Source of the DNA: Patescibacteria group bacterium
GTDB taxonomy: Bacteria; Patescibacteriota; Saccharimonadia; Saccharimonadales; JACOTW01
NCBI GenBank assembly: GCA_035479935.1
Contig: DATIIF010000040.1
Coordinates: 1-30,233 of the forward strand
DNA length: 30,233 nt
Direction of reading: 5' to 3'
The position numbers and the translations under genes were made by a program. Position 1 is the stretch's first letter; the number at the start of each line of letters is the position of its first letter. Of the stretch, positions 25,211-30,233 are shown piece by piece. The notes under the pieces were generated by a model. The model was not told where the DNA came from. It did no database searches and saw only the letters and a list, made by a program, of their open reading frames with translations.

Positions 25211-25236
25211 AAAATACTTAACGTGTTAAGTATTTT
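25211..25236. repeat. Dispersed palindrome copy directly after the permease stop codon
   Basis: AAAATACTTAAC-GT-GTTAAGTATTTT, perfect 12-2-12. Confidence 0.85.
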
Positions 25237-25301
25237 TGCGCAGACCCAATTTCACTTTTTATTCCGCTAAACCCTAACCCCTAGTTTATAATTTAGGGCA
25301 G

Positions 25302-25370
25302 ATGAACGAACTCTTCGATCTATTGTCTATGTCTCCGCATTTGAGTGCTCTGCGGAGGTCGTGGGTATGA
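25302..25370 (+). other. Putative leader-peptide uORF (MNELFDLLSMSPHLSALRRSWV) coupled to murJ
   Basis: ATG 9 nt after TATAAT (25287-25292). TGA overlaps the murJ ATG (ATGA). The uORF spans a hairpin that covers the GGAGG SD. Confidence 0.5.
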
Positions 25371-26965
25371 ATCGATGGCTAACGCGCGCTAATCAGCGTA
25401 TCTCGCTACCAAACGCTGCCGCTTTATTAATTGGCACAGCGCTGATTGGGCAGCTGTTAGGCTTTATGCGCACTCAGGTGATTAATGGTAATTTTAACAG
25501 CCCGGGGCACATAACTACCGACGCCTACTTTGCTGCTTTTAAGATTCCAGACTTCTTTTTCTATACCATTGCAGCTGGTGCACTAGGTGTAGCCTTTATG
25601 CCGTTTTTGGCCGATAAGTTAGAACACGGTGATAAGCGTGCAGTTTGGCAGATAACATCTGGATTACTCAATCTACTGGGAATCTTGATGGTAGCTGTTG
25701 GCGTGATTATGCTGGTCTTTACTGAACCCCTGCTACGCTTGGTCGTTGGTCACAATTTAGGTCCGCAGCAAACCCATGATGCTGTGATGATCATGCGCAT
25801 TATCGCCCTAAACCCGCTGCTATTTACAATCTCGGGCGTCCTGACATCTTTACAACAAACTTTCGGCCGATTCTTTTTCTACGCTCTGGGCCCGATCATC
25901 TACAACGTCTGCATTATTACCAGTGTGTACATTTTTAAAAATAACTTAGGTTTAACTGGCTTGGCATATGGTGCGCTGGCTGGAGCTGCCTTGCAACTTC
26001 TAATCGTTTGCTTGGGCCTGAAGGGTATGAACTTCAAATATCAACCTATTATCAATATGCGCAGCGCTGATTTTCGGCGGATACTGCGCAATCTACCAGC
26101 GCGTTCAATCGACCAAGGTATCGACTCTATCAACTCAATAGTCGAAACCAACCGCGCCAGCGTGCTGGGTACTGGCCGTATTACTTTCTACGAGAACGCC
26201 TATACTCTGCATTTAGTCCCCATTCTGTTGATTGGCACTACCATTGCTACGGCCGCCTTTCCGCGGCTCAATGAGCGCTTGGCGCAAGGCCGTCCCGATC
26301 TTTTCCGCCGGGACTTTCTGCAGATACTCAGGGTTATGATCTGGATCATTCTACCGGTGGCGGTTATTACATTCTTTGCCCGCGCCTATTTTGCCCGCTT
26401 AATTTATAAGAATATTGCACCCGATATCGCTTTGATTTTGGAATTTTTAGTTGGCGCCATCATATTTCGTACTCTGTACGCTATAATTTCGCGCTATTTT
26501 TATGCCCAAAAAGACACCAGAACACCGCTATTTGTTTCGCTCTTTACTATTGCGCTTAACATCGTGCTGGCTTTCAAGCTGGCCAAGCCGATAGATTTAG
26601 GTGGCTACGGAATCGCCGGCTTGGCCATAGCCCAGTCTGTTGTGGCCGCTGTTGAAGTATTTATTCTGGTCACTATAATGCTCTGGCGTGACCATAAGCT
26701 GTTCGATGGTGAATTTTGGGGCGGTGTAGCGCGCAGCCTGTCAGTTACCGGATTTACGGTTATGACAACCTATACTCTGGTTCATATTTTTCAGCTGCAG
26801 AGTAGCGACCGCGGTTTTATAACTCTAGGTACTAAGCTATTTCTAATAGTCGTACCGACGTTCGCGGTGCATATAGCAATTTCGGCGCTTTATGGGCTTG
26901 ATGAAGTCAAGCCGGTAATTGCCAAATTACGCCAAGTTATGCTCAAACCTGTGCGGATTCAATAG
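25367..26965 (+). CDS. murJ: Lipid II flippase MurJ (MviN)
   Basis: LLGFMR, TDAYFAAFKIPD, GALGVAFMP, AAFPRL, FYAQKDTRTP. About 14 TMs. SD GGAGGT 7 nt before ATG 25367. Confidence 0.93.
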   Translation: MNRWLTRANQRISLPNAAALLIGTALIGQLLGFMRTQVINGNFNSPGHITTDAYFAAFKIPDFFFYTIAAGALGVAFMPFLADKLEHGDKRAVWQITSGLLNLLGILMVAVGVIMLVFTEPLLRLVVGHNLGPQQTHDAVMIMRIIALNPLLFTISGVLTSLQQTFGRFFFYALGPIIYNVCIITSVYIFKNNLGLTGLAYGALAGAALQLLIVCLGLKGMNFKYQPIINMRSADFRRILRNLPARSIDQGIDSINSIVETNRASVLGTGRITFYENAYTLHLVPILLIGTTIATAAFPRLNERLAQGRPDLFRRDFLQILRVMIWIILPVAVITFFARAYFARLIYKNIAPDIALILEFLVGAIIFRTLYAIISRYFYAQKDTRTPLFVSLFTIALNIVLAFKLAKPIDLGGYGIAGLAIAQSVVAAVEVFILVTIMLWRDHKLFDGEFWGGVARSLSVTGFTVMTTYTLVHIFQLQSSDRGFITLGTKLFLIVVPTFAVHIAISALYGLDEVKPVIAKLRQVMLKPVRIQ

Positions 26966-26989
26966 CTACCTCTGTTATAATCTGGTTTA

Positions 26990-27532
26990 ATGAGATCCAA
27001 GCTAATTATTTTTAACGGTTTGCCGGCTACGGGTAAAAGCACTCTCTCAAGGCAAGTAGCATCTATAGTCCAGCTGCCTTTAGTAACTAAGGATTCCATG
27101 AAAGAATCATTAGCTGATGCTCTTGGGCTCTTGGACAAAAAAAGCTCAAAAATCATAGGTTCTGTTGCTGCTGAATCCCTTTGGACATTAACTGACAGAT
27201 TTTTGTCTGAGGGTAGATCGTTAATGATTGAAAACGCTTTTATTGAAGAGTACGCGACACCAGACCTAAAAAAGATTACATCCAAATACGAACCACTGGT
27301 ATTGGAAATTTACTGTGTTTGTAGGCCTGATATTAGACGAAAAAGAGAGCATGAGCGAATAATAAGTGCCCAGAGACACCCAATTCATACTGAAAATACA
27401 CTGGATACGGAAGAAGATGAGCTAAATAAAATATATGCTCCTTTGAAAAAAGGGAAATTTATTGAAGTTAATACAACCAAACCAGAACAAATTAAAATCG
27501 TAGATATAGTCTCGGAAATAGAAAACCTTTAA
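26990..27532 (+). CDS. P-loop NTPase / predicted small-molecule or nucleotide kinase (AAA_33-like)
   Basis: IIFNGLPATGKSTLS Walker A, LVTKD, lid-like RRKRE.ER. Confidence 0.8.
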   Translation: MRSKLIIFNGLPATGKSTLSRQVASIVQLPLVTKDSMKESLADALGLLDKKSSKIIGSVAAESLWTLTDRFLSEGRSLMIENAFIEEYATPDLKKITSKYEPLVLEIYCVCRPDIRRKREHERIISAQRHPIHTENTLDTEEDELNKIYAPLKKGKFIEVNTTKPEQIKIVDIVSEIENL

Positions 27533-27556
27533 TCGCCCCTGTATAATCACAAAGAC

Positions 27557-29338
27557 ATGGATCAGGGACATATAAGGAATTTTTGTATTATTGCTCATAT
27601 TGATCACGGCAAGAGCACCTTAGCTGATCGGCTTCTGGAATTGACGGGTACAGTGGAAAAGCGTCAGATGAAGGAGCAAATGCTCGATCGTATGGAACTG
27701 GAGCAGGAGCGGGGAATTACCATCAAACTTGCTCCCGTACGTATGAAGTACAAAGATTATGAGCTCAATCTTATAGATACTCCAGGCCATGTGGACTTTA
27801 GCTATGAAGTCAGCCGCTCGCTCCAGGCGGTTGAGGGTGCAATTTTAGTAGTTGACGCCACGCAAGGTGTTCAGGCCCAGACACTCTCGAACATATATTT
27901 AGCTCTGGCAGCCAATCTTAAAATTATCCCGGTACTTAATAAGATCGATCTACCAGCGGCCAACGTTGACCGGGTTAAAGCCGAAGTCATAAGTTTGCTG
28001 GGTTGCAGCGAAGAAGAGATACTTCTAACCAGCGCCAAAACCGGCGAAGGTGTAGAAAAAGTCTTAGAGCGTGTCGTATCAGATGTTCCACCGCCTTCAG
28101 GCAAAGCTCAAATTGAAACTCGAGCTTTAATCTTCGATAGTTATTATGACGATTACCGCGGAGTGATCTTGTATATTCGGGTAGTAGACGGCCGAATTGC
28201 TAAAAGTGTTGGTCTAAAAATGATGGCGACGAATGCCGAAGGCCAAGCGCTGGAAGTCGGATCTTTAAATCCCGATCTGGCGCCGGCTGGTGAGCTGAGA
28301 GCAGGCGAAATCGGCTATATTGTCACAAACTTAAAGAGTGCCCATTCCGGCCGGGTAGGTGATACCGTAACGCTGGCCAGCAGTCCAGCAAAAGGGCCGT
28401 TGCCCGGTTATAAGGATATACATCCGTTTGTCTATGCCGGCTTTTTCCCGACCAGCAACGAACAATATCAAGATTTGAAAGAGGCAGTGGAAAAACTCAG
28501 CCTCAGCGACTCGTCTTTACAATACACGACCGAAAACTCACCGGTTCTGGGTTTTGGCCTGCGGCTGGGCTTTTTGGGTTTGCTGCACATGGATATTGTG
28601 CGTGAACGGCTGGAACGCGAATACGATCTTGACCTGATTGTCACAAATCCCTCTACCGACTACGAAATTGAGCTGACAAACGGCGAGCAGTTGGATATTA
28701 AATCGGCGTCCGAACTGCCCGATATGACTTTGGTGGCCGAAATCCGCGAACCATGGATAAAAGGCGAAATTGTTTGCCCAACTTCTTATGTCGGTGCAGT
28801 TTTGCAGCTAATTGTTGCTGCCCGCGGTATGCAGAAAAATTTAAATTACGTTGATGCCCAACTGGCAGTCATAGACTTTGAAGCGCCACTAGCTAATTTG
28901 ATCACCGATTTTTACGACCAGCTAAAAAGCGTCACGAGCGGCTACGGATCGTTTAATTACGAGCTTGATAACTATAGAGTCGAAGCATTAGTAAGACTTG
29001 ATATTTACGTGGCTGGGGAAAAGGTTGATGCGTTAAGTATTATTGTCCATCGCAGCGAGGCTGAGCGGATTGGACGGAGCACCGTAGAAAAACTTAAAGA
29101 TGTCATCCCGCGTCAGCAGTTCAAAGTGGCTCTTCAGGCGGCCATTGGCGGTAAATTCATTGCTCGAGAAGACATCAGCGCCTACCGTAAAGACGTCACT
29201 ACCGGTTTGTATGGCGGTGATGTGTCGCGCAAAAAGAAACAGCTTGCCAAGCAAAAGAAGGGCAAAGAGCGCATGAAGCGCTTCGGTAAAGTCGACATTC
29301 CCGCCGAAGCCTTTGCCGTAATGCTCAAGCGCGATTAG
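27557..29338 (+). CDS. lepA: Translation elongation factor 4
   Basis: IRNFCIIAHIDHGKSTLADR, DTPGHVDF, NKID, GFLGLLH, YGGDVSRKKK.L.KQKKGK.RMK. Confidence 0.98.
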   Translation: MDQGHIRNFCIIAHIDHGKSTLADRLLELTGTVEKRQMKEQMLDRMELEQERGITIKLAPVRMKYKDYELNLIDTPGHVDFSYEVSRSLQAVEGAILVVDATQGVQAQTLSNIYLALAANLKIIPVLNKIDLPAANVDRVKAEVISLLGCSEEEILLTSAKTGEGVEKVLERVVSDVPPPSGKAQIETRALIFDSYYDDYRGVILYIRVVDGRIAKSVGLKMMATNAEGQALEVGSLNPDLAPAGELRAGEIGYIVTNLKSAHSGRVGDTVTLASSPAKGPLPGYKDIHPFVYAGFFPTSNEQYQDLKEAVEKLSLSDSSLQYTTENSPVLGFGLRLGFLGLLHMDIVRERLEREYDLDLIVTNPSTDYEIELTNGEQLDIKSASELPDMTLVAEIREPWIKGEIVCPTSYVGAVLQLIVAARGMQKNLNYVDAQLAVIDFEAPLANLITDFYDQLKSVTSGYGSFNYELDNYRVEALVRLDIYVAGEKVDALSIIVHRSEAERIGRSTVEKLKDVIPRQQFKVALQAAIGGKFIAREDISAYRKDVTTGLYGGDVSRKKKQLAKQKKGKERMKRFGKVDIPAEAFAVMLKRD

Positions 29339-29341
29339 CTT

Positions 29342-29896
29342 TTAGTAATAGATCTGAACTTGGTATATGTTTACCAGATAGCCACTTAAAACACTAACAG
29401 TGGTATCGCCTGTGCCTTTACCCATCAAACAAACAGGTGTATAGCGTGCAGGTGCACTATCGTCAGGCGATAATGTCAGTTTTTTGCTGTTGGTTCCAGC
29501 TACAAAGTTAACTGTCGTAGGCACGCTGATTTTGCCCTGTGCGGGGACTTTAACTATGAAGCAGGTTTGCTTAGGAGTACCAAGCTTGCCACCAGTTAAG
29601 TAAAGAGCTTGCCCGCCAGGCTCCACATACGTGACTATTGGCGGTTGATTAATCTGGGGGTTGTTGCTGACAAACGGAATGCCATCGATATCCGGATTGT
29701 TGGTTACCTTAGGGTCAGTGCCTATACCAGCAACCGAGCCATAGTCTAGAATTATCATCTTGTCTATTGTCGCCGCGCTGGATTTGAATATCAGCCACAC
29801 CCCTATAACGGCAAAAGCTGCTCCAAAAAGTAGTAAAGATTTTTTATTAAATTTAGTTGCAGTTGTAACTTTATTTGGCTGTTTAGATTTAGCCAT
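29342..29896 (-). CDS. Hypothetical secreted/membrane-anchored protein
   Basis: Basic N-terminus, hydrophobic helix ending KSSAA, beta-rich domain with two Cys. Confidence 0.65.
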   Translation of the reverse strand: MAKSKQPNKVTTATKFNKKSLLLFGAAFAVIGVWLIFKSSAATIDKMIILDYGSVAGIGTDPKVTNNPDIDGIPFVSNNPQINQPPIVTYVEPGGQALYLTGGKLGTPKQTCFIVKVPAQGKISVPTTVNFVAGTNSKKLTLSPDDSAPARYTPVCLMGKGTGDTTVSVLSGYLVNIYQVQIYY

Positions 29897-29992
29897 GTTT
29901 TTCTTTCTGTTTATTATTTAAGCTTAGGCTAAATGTATAATTCTTCGGCAATTTCGTCAATGACCGCACGAGTCTGGAGGTATAATCTAGCT

Positions 29993-30233
29993 ATGAGGAT
30001 ATGGGGAGCACCCAAGAGAGTTAAAGATATCGCCACTCACAACCCGGTGATGGACAGATTAGCGCATGGGCGACAGAATGCTTTTCAAAGATTCCCGCTT
30101 TTATTTACGCTGCTGGCAACCTTCGGAGTAGTTACAACTTTGTATGGCATGGAACACCTAATTGATAAAGTTAGTTGGCTGGCCAATAATCCTGTTATTT
30201 CACTGGTAGTTGGCTTAATGCTGCTAATTCTAA
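29993..30233 (+). CDS. Hypothetical membrane protein, truncated by the window end
   Basis: Open for 80 codons (MRIWGAPK...FQRFPLLFTLLATFGVVTTLYGMEHLIDK...). ATG 6 nt after TATAAT. Confidence 0.7.
   Translation, partial: MRIWGAPKRVKDIATHNPVMDRLAHGRQNAFQRFPLLFTLLATFGVVTTLYGMEHLIDKVSWLANNPVISLVVGLMLLIL

Noticed and set aside
5397-25236. TACTTAAC palindromes as a CRISPR array or a bona fide integron cassette array
   Set aside because: Copies are kilobases apart with no spacers or cas genes. They are far shorter than attC sites, lack L boxes and extrahelical bases, occur inside core genes, and there is no intI in the window. Only the core resemblance is retained as a hypothesis.
270-28104. Many short ORFs in the track overlapping real genes (e.g. 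270-455, 1988-2251, 4513-5118, 9385-9729, 14229-14825, 21124-21492, 26959-27285, 27871-28104)
   Set aside because: Antisense or off-frame shadows of well-supported genes, with no motifs, RBS or leaderless promoter.
1-30233. Alternative genetic code (UGA=Gly, code 25) as in some CPR lineages
   Set aside because: Conserved genes are full-length under code 11, and TGA serves as the stop in coupled ATGA junctions.

Overview
Gene-dense bacterial chromosome segment in standard code 11 (TGA used as stop). The gene content suggests Patescibacteria/CPR, probably Saccharibacteria; this is inferred from an archaeal-type non-discriminating AspRS, CPR-style membrane hypotheticals, prepilin-like N-termini and many apparently leaderless genes. 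Core genes are aspS, a murC-like ligase, murJ, lepA and an ABC-2 exporter. Ion and redox homeostasis genes are a CPA2 antiporter, an NRAMP-family transporter, a DsbA-like protein and a CBS protein. Accessory blocks include HAD + 2-hydroxyacid dehydrogenase-like + EamA, an ArsR-SRPBCC-YciI operon next to a Tag-like glycosylase, GNAT/SGNH/alpha-beta hydrolases, four surface proteins, MazG and AlkA. I found no CRISPR array, rRNA, tRNA, integrase or transposase. The most striking signals are non-coding. (1) A dispersed palindrome TACTTAAC-NN-GTTAAGTA occurs in 7 copies, 5 of them on or next to stop codons. (2) An 82-bp T-shaped fold-back element with terminal inverted repeats and TATAA direct repeats sits in a divergent promoter region. 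(3) A 22-codon uORF plus an SD-occluding hairpin is coupled to murJ. (4) A second, perfect ArsR-type operator lies upstream of the Tag-like gene. (5) Two convergent prepilin-like proteins carry M23-like domains without the Zn motifs. All analysis was by eye, with no database searches, and functional interpretations are hypotheses.
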